A stretch of DNA of 64,000 bases from Octopus bimaculoides (Eukaryota). The DNA lies in the NCBI RefSeq assembly GCF_001194135.2, contig NC_069005.1, positions 15,839,658 to 15,903,657 of the forward strand, in the 5' to 3' direction. Both the position numbers and the translations under genes were made by a program. The notes beneath the pieces were generated by a model. The model worked only from the letters and a program-made list of their open reading frames with translations. It had not been told where the DNA came from and did not search any database. Positions 1 through 11,502 of the stretch are shown piece after piece. Position 1 is the stretch's first letter; the number at the start of each line of letters is the position of its first letter.

Positions 1-944
1 TAGCTTCAGCCAAACTATGATAAAAAGAATGGTCCAACATTGACAATACTGCTACTTTCATTTTGGGGATTTTTTCACACCTGGATCTGCTCTGATGAGC
101 AGATCTAAGATCAAAGACCCACAGAGGTCGGTGTCCCTCTTGTTGCTGTTTACAGCCTAAGTCAGGTGATCGTGTTTTTTGTTTTTTTTATTTGCACATC
201 TCAATCTGCTCTGAAGGGTAGTGGAGCTATATTCCATCAGTCTCTTTTGAAAATTGCTAAGTTATTGGGACATAAATAAACCATCACCAATTGTCAAGCA
301 GTGGTAGGGGACAAACACAAACCTACACATATAATCAAAGACATCATCAATCCAAGGTAGAACATGAACTGAGAAGTGGGAAGAGAGACAACTATCACAA
401 ATATTACCAAAAAACAATAAAGAACTCTGATTTTTATCTAGAACACAAACACCCAAAATTTGGTGATCAGGTGTCAATTATCTTTTACTTGCTTTCGTGG
501 ATGGAAGCCATGTTGGGTTCCCACCTTTAAGGATTTTCATCAAACAAATCAATTCCAGTACTTATTTTTCTTTTTAAGAGTAGTACTTATTCTATCAGTC
601 CATTTTGCCAAACTGTTAAGTTACGAGGACATAAGTCAACAATCATCAGATCCCTAGTTGTCAAGCAGTGTCAGAAACAAACACAAACACATCACAAAGA
701 CACACACACATATATATAAGTAAATAACATGAGAAGAAGAGAAAGAAAATGAAAATCACAAGCTGCTTTATTAATCACTATGGTCATTTCGACCTATGCA
801 TTGGTCACCTGTGAACGAGATGCTGTACAAATACTTAAACAGCATACTACTGGGTGTATACCCAAATTTATAATTGTTACTTTTATAATATAGTTATATG
901 CAGTAAGTATATGTGTCTGTGTGTGTGTATATATATATATATGA

Positions 945-994
<50 letters not shown>

Positions 995-1182
995 NNNNNN
1001 NNNNNNNNNNNNNNNNNNNNNNNNNNNNNNNNNNNNNNNNNNNNNNNNNNNNNNNNNNNNNNNNNNNNNNNNNNNNNNNNNNNNNNNNNNNNNNNNNNNN
1101 NNNNNNNNNNNNNNNNNNNNNNNNNNNNNNNNNNNNNNNNNNNNNNNNNNNNNNNNNNNNNNNNNNNNNNNNNNNNGAGAGA

Positions 1183-1219
<37 letters not shown>

Positions 1220-1340
1220 TGAGAGAGAGAGAGAGTGAGAGAGAGAGAGACGATAAGAAGATGGAGGAACAATAGCAATAAGAAATGTGTCTTTTATGCT
1301 AGGAATTCATTATTTAATTAGTTAAGAAAGGTGAGAGTGA

Positions 1341-1419
1341 GTTTACGATCGTTTCTGTGTACCATGGTGGGGAAGATATATATCTTTGTCTCATTGCCAA
1401 TGGTAGACATCATCAGAAC
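1341..1419 (-). ncRNA. Type I hammerhead ribozyme motif (left arm)
   Basis: Minus strand reads gtt-CTGATGA-tgtctaccat...atggtacaca-GAAA-cgatcg-TA-aac. Core intact, helix I 3 bp, helix II 9/10 bp, palindromic helix III ACGATCGT. Confidence 0.75.
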
Positions 1420-1743
1420 AAAGAAGTCAGAGGTGGAGAAGAGTGAAAGGTAGAGGGATACATCAGAAAAGAAAATGATCAAAGGTTCGAAAGTTTTACA
1501 TTATAGTTAGGCTCACTGTTCGTTAAGTCCGTTGTGAAGTGGAAGAAGAATAGAAGTTAGTTGAACCTGTGGTCTCATGGTCATTTAATAGCACATGGAA
1601 GCCATGCTATTAAGTGACCACAAGATCACAGGTTCAACTGCTATTCTTCAACCTCACAATGGACTTAGCCTAAATATAATGTAAGACTTTTCTTTTCCGA
1701 TGTATCCCTCTACCTTTCACTCTTCTCCACCTCTGACTTCTTT

Positions 1744-1821
1744 GTTCTGATGATGTCTACCATTGGCAATAAGGCAAAAATATATATTTTCCTCACATGG
1801 TACACAGAAACGATCGTAAAC
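1744..1821 (+). ncRNA. Type I hammerhead ribozyme motif (right arm)
   Basis: gtt 1744-46, CTGATGA 1747-53, helix II, GAAA 1807-10, cgatcg, TA 1817-18, aac 1819-21. Confidence 0.75.
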
Positions 1822-2034
1822 TCACTCTCGCCTTTCTTAACTAATTAAATAATGGCTTCCTAGCCATTGATCCTCCATTTTCTTATCGTGTGTATAAATT
1901 AAACTACAGTTTACCCACCAAATTACCTGCTGCTGTATACCTTTTATCAAGGACTATACCTATTGAGGTAATTACCAGGAGTGCCTTTGGATACATCTAT
2001 CTCTTAGAGGCTTTAAACACCTCTAACTTATACC

Positions 2035-2086
<52 letters not shown>

Positions 2087-2089
2087 CAC

Positions 2090-2130
<41 letters not shown>

Positions 2131-2401
2131 GATAAGGAAATAATTTTATTCTCAAATGCAGGATAATGCTAATACATATTTTGCAGAAAATATTTACTGG
2201 GACATATATAGACCATCACCAGTTATCAAGATTTTTCTGCAAAATATAGATAGTTTATCCTGTTCATGCATAGGTACATCATGATCTATACACATTCAGA
2301 TGAGGATCGAATCAAATGATATAGTGTACTCTTCCGTGATGGCAAAATCAATGAAAAAAGGACTCCATCTGGTGAGAGATAAATAATATTTAATAGATAT
2401 A

Positions 2402-3221
2402 TGTGGTCCGATCAATAAATATCCGGACTGTTGCCATAGTAATGAACCTTATGCATACAGGGTGGAACTGCTTGGCACAGATTGGCTTTGAACTCAGCTG
2501 TGCATGTGCACTAAATTTTAACCTTCTAGCTCACTTCTACTGTTTACAGCAGTGCTTAAAAGGAAGGTGTGTAGCATGTGATCATCACACTAACCATGAT
2601 AGAGGAAGGTGAGCAGAGAATCTACATCAAATTTTGCCAAAAGCTTGGTGACACCTGCTCAGAGGCCTAAGTAAAGTTTTCGAAAAGTTTTCATTGTTCT
2701 CGACACAATCAAGATCTTATACAACTGAAACCTGGGTGTCTTTTTGGTCAGCTGAAAGCAGTTTTGACACAAAATTGGCAGACACACATCGCATACCCAA
2801 ACCTTCAGTGATAATGAACTGAACTGAACCGTAACTAATCTGCACATCCTCTGATAACTCTCGGATGGTGATTCAATGATTTCCCCTCACAGCTGCATGC
2901 ACATATGCGATGCTTTCCTCAGCTCTGTTGATTGCAGGTCTTCCAGAATGTTTGTCAATATTGACATATTTTCGGCCATCTTGGAAATGTCTGAACAACT
3001 CATACACTCCTCTTCATACACTTTCTGCAACTTTACAGAGGCCTCTGAGCAGGTATCGCCATGACAACTTTCTCTGTCATGGCCAATGTGAGGATCACAT
3101 GCACCACACCTTCTTTCATGCACAGCAGAGTTCAAGGTCAGTCTGTGCCATGCGGATTCACTCTGCGTGCTTTAGCTTTGGTAATATGGCAACAGTTTGG
3201 ATACTTATTGGTCAGACCTCA
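2402..3221 (-). mobile_element. Non-autonomous mariner derivative with two 5' arms
   Basis: TIRs tgtggtccgatcaataaatatccggactgttgccata and tatggcaacagtttggatacttattggtcagacctca, with TA on both flanks. The minus strand has a degenerate transposase N-terminus (ELSEDVQISYGSVQFIITEGLGMRCVSANFVSKLL). Confidence 0.85.
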
Positions 3222-3807
3222 TAATACATGTTTTTATGTGCTAGTAATAGATTCTTGTGCTGAGAACATGCTAAAATGATGCATACCCTGTGTGCACATA
3301 AATTCTCTGCACAATCAAAACATTTTGATTCACTCATCAGCCAGTCAAAAGCACTTAGGTCTCTTTTAAGGCTTTCTAAGAAAGACGGTAAGGGAGTTAA
3401 CCTCACACAGGAGACATCTGACCCAAAAGCTTGTAACAGAGGAAACTCTGCTAAAAGCATCTAAAGCTTCTAAACAGTTTCCAATACCAGGTTGACATGA
3501 GGGTACAGAAGACACTTGCTGAAAGTACAGTACAGTGGAATTGAACTCGTAACCATATGGTTGTGAAGTAAACTTCTTAACCATACAACCACATATCTCT
3601 AAAACGGAGATAATCACCAATGTTCCATGTGATGGGCTTGATAAGTAAGGAATATCTCTCTTTTAATATGAAACCAATGATAGACTTAATCCATAAATAA
3701 AGAATCTTTATCTACCAATGTAGCATTGAGTGCTCATGCTCATTGTTCAATATTAACATGTGCGTGTGTGTGTGTGTGTGTGAATCCTCTGTTTAGTGGG
3801 TCAATCC

Positions 3808-3916
3808 GCTACTCAGGAAGAGACTATTCTAGAGTACGTTCTGCCTTATCTTCGAAATGTCTAGTTAGAATAGAGGCAGCTGACGAAGGATTAATTCCAA
3901 GTGGCTATCTGTTTCC
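3808..3916 (+). ncRNA. Two adjacent degenerate hammerhead relics (Penelope-like terminal region)
   Basis: First: gcta-CTCAGGA-agaga...tcttc-GAAA-tg-TC-tagt. Second: gaggcag-CTGACGA-aggattaattcc-aag...ctgtttc. Each has core substitutions. Confidence 0.45.
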
Positions 3917-4041
3917 CTATGTGTTCGTTCCGTTGTCTGTAGTTCATTGTTCTAATGTCCTGTACCCTGATATGCATCTATATACACATGTAGATCTAAG
4001 TATGTACATATATGTGTGTATACATGCATATATATTCTTTG

Positions 4042-4092
<51 letters not shown>

Positions 4093-4169
4093 TATATATA
4101 TATATATATNNNNNNNNNNNNNNNNNNNATATATACACACATATAAATATATGCATATATATGTGTGCA

Positions 4170-4202
<33 letters not shown>

Positions 4203-4207
4203 CTGTG

Positions 4208-4249
<42 letters not shown>

Positions 4250-4314
4250 CATTTATATATATGTGTTTGTGTAAATATATATATATGTATGTATATATTA
4301 TATTAATAATTATA

Positions 4315-5225
4315 TACACATGGCTAGGTATACATATGGCTGTGTATACCTATGGCTTTCTGATGGCTCTGCTTATATTGGTATATGAGATACTTATGCA
4401 CTTATACAACGGAATATCGACGCTGATGATAGCAGTAGGTATATTTTTTGCTTTTAGCTTGAAACAAGATCTTATACGCGATTAACCAAAAATTCAATTT
4501 ATTATCTTTTGCTCAATGGCAACCTGTATTTTTAGAGTGGTTTTCGCGCCATTTGGCATCTATTTTCAGTGTGTGGAGAGGTGTTTTTGCCAATATCTTG
4601 TTATAGTTATGTATATAATTATTAATACGATATTGGGAAAATTTACCTATAAAGTTTTTATTTTCATGCTGACCGCCTGATAAAATCATAAATGATTTTA
4701 TCCTTTATTATATAATAAATACATGAAAATTGTTGCTGTGGATCAAAGTTGCATTGACTGCAGCGTTATTTTGATATATAACATGTGGTTGAAGAGAAAG
4801 ATGTAAATTCTACTTTCACTCTGTATTTTTGCAAGTGTGTAATACACATGGCTGTGTGATGGCTCTGCTGGTGTAGGTATGTGTAGATACTTGTACATTT
4901 ATACAACGGAATATCGGTGCTGATGATAGCAGTAGGCATATTTTTTTACCTTTAGCTTGAAACAAGATCTAATATGCGATTAACCAAAAATTCAATTTAT
5001 TATCTTTCTTTTGCTCAATGACAATCTATGATTTTAGTGATTTTAAGGTGGTTTTAGTGCCATTTGGCGTCTATTTTCTATGCGTGGAGAGGTGGTTTTG
5101 CCAATCCCTTGTTATAATTATGTATATAATTATTGATATAATATTTGGAAAATTTACCTCTAAGGTTTTTATTTTCATGCAGACCTGATAAAATCATGAA
5201 TGATTTTATCCTTTATTATATAATT
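4315..5225 (+). repeat. Tandem duplication (~500-bp period), one hammerhead per unit; retrozyme-like
   Basis: Copies at about 4315-4720 and 4842-5225 align along their length. CTGATGA lies at 4423 and 4920, GAAA at 4461 and 4959. Confidence 0.8.
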
Positions 5226-5299
5226 TATATATGTATATATATGTGTGTGTGTGTGTGTGTATAATGCAAAGGAAAATGATATGCCTGTGGCCATTAGAG

Positions 5300-5360
<61 letters not shown>

Positions 5361-5789
5361 GCTGGGCTTCTTTCAGTTTTGATCTACCAAATCTGCTTAT
5401 AAGGCTTTTTGTTGGCCCAAGGATATAGTAGAAGGCTGAACCTGGAACCATGCAGTTGGGAAGCAAAATTCTTACCACACAGCAACATCTGCACTTGATT
5501 ACATAATTTTGTTAATTTGTTTTATTTTGGTAGAGAGGAGGAGGGAGAGAGGGAAAGAAGAAAAGAGGGGGATGCTGCAGGAGATCAATTTTAATGGTCA
5601 GGTTATTGAAAAACAAAATTACTAAAACAAAAGATGGCAGCATGTTCTTTTTTTATTGTTTACAAAAAGAGAAAAATGAAAAAAAAAACTGAAATCAATT
5701 TGGTTTTTTTTTTCATTTTACCCCTTCAATAAAAACTAATTGCTGAAATGGACGAAATAAAACTAAAAATAAATCAACGAAAATATAAA

Positions 5790-6160
5790 ACAATGCTGGG
5801 TTGGTGGAGTGGGAGGTATTAGTGGTGTGGTGATGGTGGTGTTAGTGATGGTAGTGATGGTAGTGGCATTAAAGGTGGTGGTGGTGTTGACTGGTGCAAT
5901 GGCATTGAGAGTGTTTGTAATGGTAGTTAGTGGTATTAATAGTGATGATGGTTGTGGCGGTGTTCATAGTGCAGATAATGGTAGTCTTAATGGTGGTATG
6001 GTGATAGTGGTATTAACATGATTGTAGTCATGGTGGTAGTGGTGGTGGTGATAAGAGTAGACTCAGTAGTTGTGGTGGCATCGATAATGGTAGGGAAGGT
6101 GTTGGTAGTTTTGGTAGAATTAGTGGAAATGATGGTATCAATAGGAGTGGTGGTGATGGT
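5790..6160. repeat. Cryptic (GGT/GAT)n low-complexity tract; a second lies at 7820-8060
   Basis: Trinucleotide periodicity is visible; it produces spurious V/M- and G/D-rich ORFs. Confidence 0.9.
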
Positions 6161-6502
6161 GGTAAGAAGCTTGCTTCCCAACCACATGGTTCAGGTTCAG
6201 TCTCACTGCATGGCACCTATAGCTTTGGGCTGACCAAAGCCTTGTTAGTGGATTTGGTAGATGGAAACTGAAAGAATCCTGTCATGTGTGTGTGTGTATG
6301 TGTATCTTTGTTTCTCTCCCACAACTGCTTGACAACTGGTGTTGGTGTGTTTACATCCCTGTAACTTAGTGGTTTGGCAAAAAGAGACAGATTGAATAAA
6401 TACTAGGTCTTAAAAAAGAAAAAACTGGGGTTAATTTTTTCAGGTGAAATCCTTCAAGGTAGTGCCCCAGTATGGCCACAATCAAAAAACTAAAGCAAAT
6501 AA
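6158..6502 (+). mobile_element. tRNA-type SINE family A
   Basis: gcttgcttcccaaccacatggttcaggttcagtctcactg...gatttggtagatggaaactgaaaga...gtaacttagtggtttggcaaaa. Other full or partial copies near 255, 540, 3500, 5350, 9008, 9728, 10260, 10730, 11270, 12858, 14900, 31445, 33010, 43190, 44270, 50310 and 61830. Confidence 0.9.
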
Positions 6503-8095
6503 ACATGTCTGGAATGTCTGCATTCAAAGCATTCCAAAATTATTACTTCACTTTGAAACAGGCAGAAGTTGGCTGCAAGAAGAGCATCCAGCCATGGAAA
6601 CTTTTGCCCTAACATACTCATCTCTGCTCTGTATAAGTATGGAAAAGTAGACATTAAAACAATGATGTCCATAAACATCTCACTCCTGCCAACATAGATA
6701 TGAGATAAAAATCATTCCTCGGTCATACAGACTCATAGAGCATGTTTCCTGAGTTCCGTGACATATCTATTCACTCACTTGACAGGACATTAGTCCATTG
6801 CAGGGTTATAAATTTTAGCCAGCTGAGTAACCTGGAGAATGAAGTGTTTTCTTCAAGAATATGTGTGACCCTAATTCAGGAATGGAAATCCCAATCTTAC
6901 AATTGTGAGTCCAGCACCCTAACCACTAAGGCACACACCTCCACTGCCCCCAATGTGAGCACACTGAAACAAAATAGTTTTTGAATATTAACAAAATAGA
7001 TTTTAAAATGTTTTCCTGCCCCTTGTTCATTAATGCAGCTTCATAAAATTGGCATTGTAGACACGAGCCAACAAAGTGACCTTTGGTCACAAGGCATGTT
7101 AGATACAGTAGTCAAATCTTCCCTCAAACCATACATTTACATTTGCTAAGTTATCTTAACGTAAAAACAGATTGATGTATTTTACGAATGTCAGCACTTT
7201 TGGACTGCCAATAGCATAAAGTGTAGTAGAAACAGTAGATTGCTGTTTCTGTCAGTCTTACATTTATAAATGATAACACTGTAATTAGTTTCTTTCTGTC
7301 ATGATCTGAGTTCACATTTGCTTTTGGACCTTCCAGGGATAAACCAAGCATGTTTCACTGTCGATTCCATTACACATATCATAACCTTGGCAAATATGTG
7401 TCTTTGTGCAATTGTTAAGTAACCATTAAAGAAGTACAGCTAATGATGCAGCAAACTAAATTCCACACACTATTTTGTTTTGATCTCATTTTAAAGTTCA
7501 AATATTTCTTAACCTTTTAAACACCAACCTGTTTGGAACCACTGGTTTTATAAAACGAAACCTCGAAAATATCAAAAGATTTATAGTAAAAAAAAAAACA
7601 AAATAAAACAATCTTTCATTTTCACTGTCAACAAATCATCTGCTGGTTCTGTGATTTTAAGGATTTATACACTCAGAGACCGTTTACATGAAAAACAGGT
7701 AGGGTCCAGTGACAAAAAGGGCATCGAGCTGCAAAGCAATGCTTCAGTAATACATTTGTCTAACTTGTACTAGCATGGAGAAACAGATGTAAAAATCAAA
7801 TGAATGAACAAATTATCATAATCATTATCAGTGGTGGTGATGGTGGTGGTAGTAGTGGTGGTTGTGGTGATGGTGGTAGTTGTGGTGGCGATGGTGATAG
7901 TGATGGTGGTTGTGGTAGTAATGATGGTCATTGTGGTGATGGCAATAGTTGTAGTGATGATAGTAAAGGTTGTAGTGATGATGGTGATGGTTGTGGTAGT
8001 GCTGGTGGTTGCAGTGGTTATGGTGGTGGTGATGGCAGTGGTTATGATGAGGGTGATGCTGGTTTCATTTGTTTCCTTCTACCATCATTCCCCAG

Positions 8096-8254
8096 CAAGA
8101 GTATTCTGTGTGCCTCACACTTGATCAACTTCATCTTGCTTTCTATGAGATGACCCAGGTGACATTTGAATCAATCAAGCACAAAGAACAGGCAATTAGC
8201 CGTCTCATTCAGCAGCAACTGAATTTATCAGATTTCTTCTTCAAGAGCTACTAA
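8096..8254 (+). CDS. Candidate terminal coding exon of an unidentified plus-strand gene (QEYSVCLTLDQLHLAFYEMTQVTFESIKHKEQAISRLIQQQLNLSDFFFKSY*)
   Basis: Pyrimidine-rich acceptor gtttccttctaccatcattccccag, then 52 helical-looking codons to TAA, then AATAAA at 8365-8370. Upstream exons were not resolved. Confidence 0.55.
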   Translation, partial: QEYSVCLTLDQLHLAFYEMTQVTFESIKHKEQAISRLIQQQLNLSDFFFKSY

Positions 8255-8545
8255 CATTTAAAAACACTGAAATTAAATATATTCCTAATTAATTACAACG
8301 ACAACAGCAACATATATAACAGAAGACAATCACAAGAACAACAACGTTATAATTAGCTGAATCTAATAAACAGGTGACTTGGTCTCCTTGTCTGTGTTTT
8401 AAGATGATCAGGGACAAAAATGTATGTCTGTGTTTTTGTCTTCTTCTTCTTTGTTGCTGTTGTTTTTTTTTGTCTCTATCTTTCAAGAAGATGTAAAGAA
8501 ATTAAGTAATGATTCATTGCAAACAGCCCTGTTTGCTGGTTTTGT

Positions 8546-8602
8546 TTATTCTACATCAAAAAGAAGCTGAAGGACATCAGATACGAGAGGCATCAATTGA
8601 TC
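8546..8602 (-). CDS. Candidate terminal exon of the minus-strand gene (DQLMPLVSDVLQLLFDVE*)
   Basis: Acceptor aaaattttctggtag, phase 0, 18 codons plus TAA. The stop overlaps an AATAAA. Phase-compatible with the upstream exons. Confidence 0.5.
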   Translation of the reverse strand, partial: DQLMPLVSDVLQLLFDVE

Positions 8603-9357
8603 CTACCAGAAAATTTTCTCGTTGGGAGAATACAGAGGTGTTAACATCTTAATATAATGGTTACAAAATTGCAAATGGGAAACAGAAATGAGAGAGAGCA
8701 ATGTGAAATAATAGTTGTGGAATAAGGGGATGGGGGATAAAAAAAGAATAATGTCAGTAATGATTGGTGGTGGTGTGATCCAGTGTATGAGAAAGTAAAG
8801 TTACAGAGAGAGGTAGTTAAGGTTTTTAACAAGGACCAGAGCAGTTGAAATGGGATGGTAAGCAGTTAGTGAGGCGAGCTAAGTTTATAAATGAAAAAGT
8901 AGGAGAAAACAACGATGAAGTAAAGGACATGCATATATGGTAACACAAATGCACACAAAGATTGGGAAGAAGGGAAAGAGAATGAGCTACAAGTCAAAAC
9001 TAAAGGTGCAGGCATAGCCTGTGGTAAAAAGTTTGCTTCCCAACCACATGGTTTCACGTCCAGTCCCACTGCACAGCACTTGAGCAAGTGTCTTCTACTA
9101 TAGTCTCAGGCTGGCTAAAGTACCCATCAAAAATTTGGTAGATGGAAACTGAAAGAAACTCATTTTGTGTGTGTGTGTGTGTGTGTGCGCATGCTTGTGT
9201 GTGTGTGCGCATGCTTGTGTGAGTGTGCCTTTGTGTCTGTGTTTGTCCCCCACCACTGCTTGACAACTGGTGTTGGTGTGTTTACATCCCTGTAACTTAG
9301 CAGTTTGGCAAAAGAGACCAACAGAATAAGTACCAGGCTTTAAAAAAAATGGCTGGC

Positions 9358-9721
9358 TTAACCCTTTTGCATTTAAATTGGCCATATCCAGCCCAAATAT
9401 TCTACCCGTTTTATGTTCAAACTGGCAATATCCAGCCTCTCACACCAACCCTACAATATCATTCAGAAAATAAACAATCACATCATTGAAATCCCATAAG
9501 CTACAAAATAATGCATGATTAATACAATGTGAATAAAAAAGCATTACATTTGACACAGAAATCTGAATGCTAAAGGGTTAATTCTTCAGCATTTAAACTG
9601 GCCACATCTGACACAAATATTCTACCTCTTTGATGTTCAAACTAGCCAGATCTGGCTTCTCACACCTATCCTATAAAGAAGCATTATATCGGAGAAAGTA
9701 ATCTGAATGCTGAAGGGTTAA
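9358..9721. mobile_element. Two abutting TTAA-bounded MITEs (piggyBac-like ends)
   Basis: ttaacccttttgcatt...gaatgctaaagggttaa, then a second shorter copy ending tgaagggttaa. Related copies at about 34010-34480, 37385-37580, 57960-58187 and 61410-61630. Confidence 0.7.
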
Positions 9722-11502
9722 ATGGCACGGGCATGGCTGTGTGGTGAGAAGTTTGCTTCTCAACCACATGGATCTGAGTTTAATCCCATTGCACAGCACT
9801 TGAGCAAGTGTCTTCTACTACAGTCTGACCAAGGTTTTGAAAGTAGTATGCAAACTGTTAGATATTCACTCCTCATAACCAATCAACTCACTGTAATTTA
9901 GTTTTTTCTCCTGTAAAACTATTAATGTATAATAGTCAAAGGAGACGGTTTACCAATAGTAAAGAAAAATGTGCAATGTTATTGCTCATTAGTTTCTAAA
10001 TTATATTTCTTATAAAATTAATAGGCATCAGTTGAGTGAGAAGGCAGGCTACTGTTAGATAATGAAGTTTAATAGAAAGGGGGGAAAAAATATCTTTTGA
10101 TCGTTAAATGGGAAAAGAATTATTTCTTTTTTGTTTTAAATAACAGACAATAAATTCAAAATTAAAAATTTGAAAGCCAAACCAACTTTCTACTCTGCCA
10201 TCTTTCAATAAAATTCAAGTACATAACAATCTGATAAAATATGATATTTTTTTAATATTTCAATATTTAATATTTTGTTTCAGTCATTGGATTGCAGCCT
10301 TGCTGGGGTATTCAATTCCAGTGCTTTTTTTTTCTTAGTTATGTATTTATTTTAGTGGTCTCTTTTGCTGAAGCACTAAGTTACAGGAATGTAAACAAAC
10401 CAACACCAGTTGTCAAGTAGTGGAGATAGTGGAGGGACAAGCACAAAGACACACATACATATCTTTTAAATTTGTTTATGGGAAACGTTTTGAATATGCC
10501 AGCTACAGTCTAATGAAGCTGACTGGTGAACCAGTTTTGGGGGTTGAGCTGAGCTGTATCAATATGATGTAAATATAGTAATAATAATAACAATAATCCT
10601 TGGATGGAACTTAGAGATATTTTAATGCATCGCTACATGCATTTCCACAAATCATGTCACAGTCTATTATTATCAGGATGATTACAATGTAGTCTGTAGT
10701 ATGCATGGGCACTGAGTAGATCATCTTCATGGATTCTGGCTTTTCCACAGTTTCTGTTCGCCAAATTCACTCACAAGGCATTTGTCAGCCTGGGGCTATA
10801 ACTAAAGACATTTCCTCAATGTGCTGTGTAGTGGGACTGAACCTGAAACTCTATGATTGCAAAACCCACTTCTTAACCACACAGACATGCCTGCGTCCAT
10901 AAGAAGAAAAAGTCAGTATTGCATCGTGCAAGAAACTTAAACTGAAACTTTGCATTTCATAAATAACAGTTTCTAACATGGACACAATGCAACAATTTGG
11001 GGATTGGAAGAGATTTCATTGGACCTTAATACTTAACTAGTGCTTTATTTTATCAAACCTGGAAAGATGAAAAGTAAAGAAGATCTCAGCGAGATTTGAA
11101 TTCAGAATGCAAAAAGCAAGAACAGCACAAAGTATTTCATCTAACGCTAATGATTCTGCTCATCCCCCACTCCAAAAAGAATCAGAATGTACATTCAGCT
11201 GCCTACCCCACCCCTTTATGTCAGCACATTTACTGGACAGAAGAATTATGCTGTTATTCTTTTGTGCGTTTCAGTCATTTGATTGTGGCCATGCTGGAGC
11301 ACCACCTTTTAGTCGAAGAAATCAATCCCAGGACTTATTCTTTGTAAACCTGATACTTATCCTTATGTTGAACCACTAAGTTACAGGGATATAAACAGAC
11401 AAACATTGGTTATCAAGCGATGATGAGGGGACAAACACAGACACAAAGACACACACGCATAAATATATACAAATCTCTCTCTCTCTATATATATATATAT
11501 AT

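Larger units (their letters stand above)
1250..1889. mobile_element. ~640-bp foldback (near-palindromic) element, Penelope-like, with one hammerhead per arm
   Basis: The left arm (cgataagaagatggagg...gggatacatcagaaaagaaaa) is the reverse complement of the right arm (ttttcttttccgatgtatccc...cctccattttcttatcg). Symmetry continues inward to a loop of about 11 nt near 1595-1605. Confidence 0.85.

Noticed and set aside
83-106. Hairpin gatctgctc-tgat-gagcagatc containing CTGATGA, plus a ~60-codon minus-strand open frame running off the window start
   Set aside because: No GAAA or helix III follows, so it is not a hammerhead. The ORF lacks a pyrimidine-rich acceptor and cannot be evaluated at the window edge.
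775-815. Minus-strand gacc-loop-ggtc-GAAA resembling hammerhead helix II
   Set aside because: The CUGANGA core has three mismatches and no helix I or III can be drawn.
6550-6660. Apparent exon with good splice sites on both strands (RSWLQEEHPAMETF / FPWLDALLAAN)
   Set aside because: The sequence matches the dispersed SINE/RTE tail also seen near 31735 and 44550.
7151-7351. Minus-strand ORF with AAT|gtaaga donor
   Set aside because: Weak acceptor, and it lies downstream of the inferred stop at 8546; no phase-compatible partner.
10505-10540. CTAATGA-agctgactggt-GAA-ccag-TT hammerhead-like relic
   Set aside because: Core substitution, a missing A, and no consistent helices I or II.
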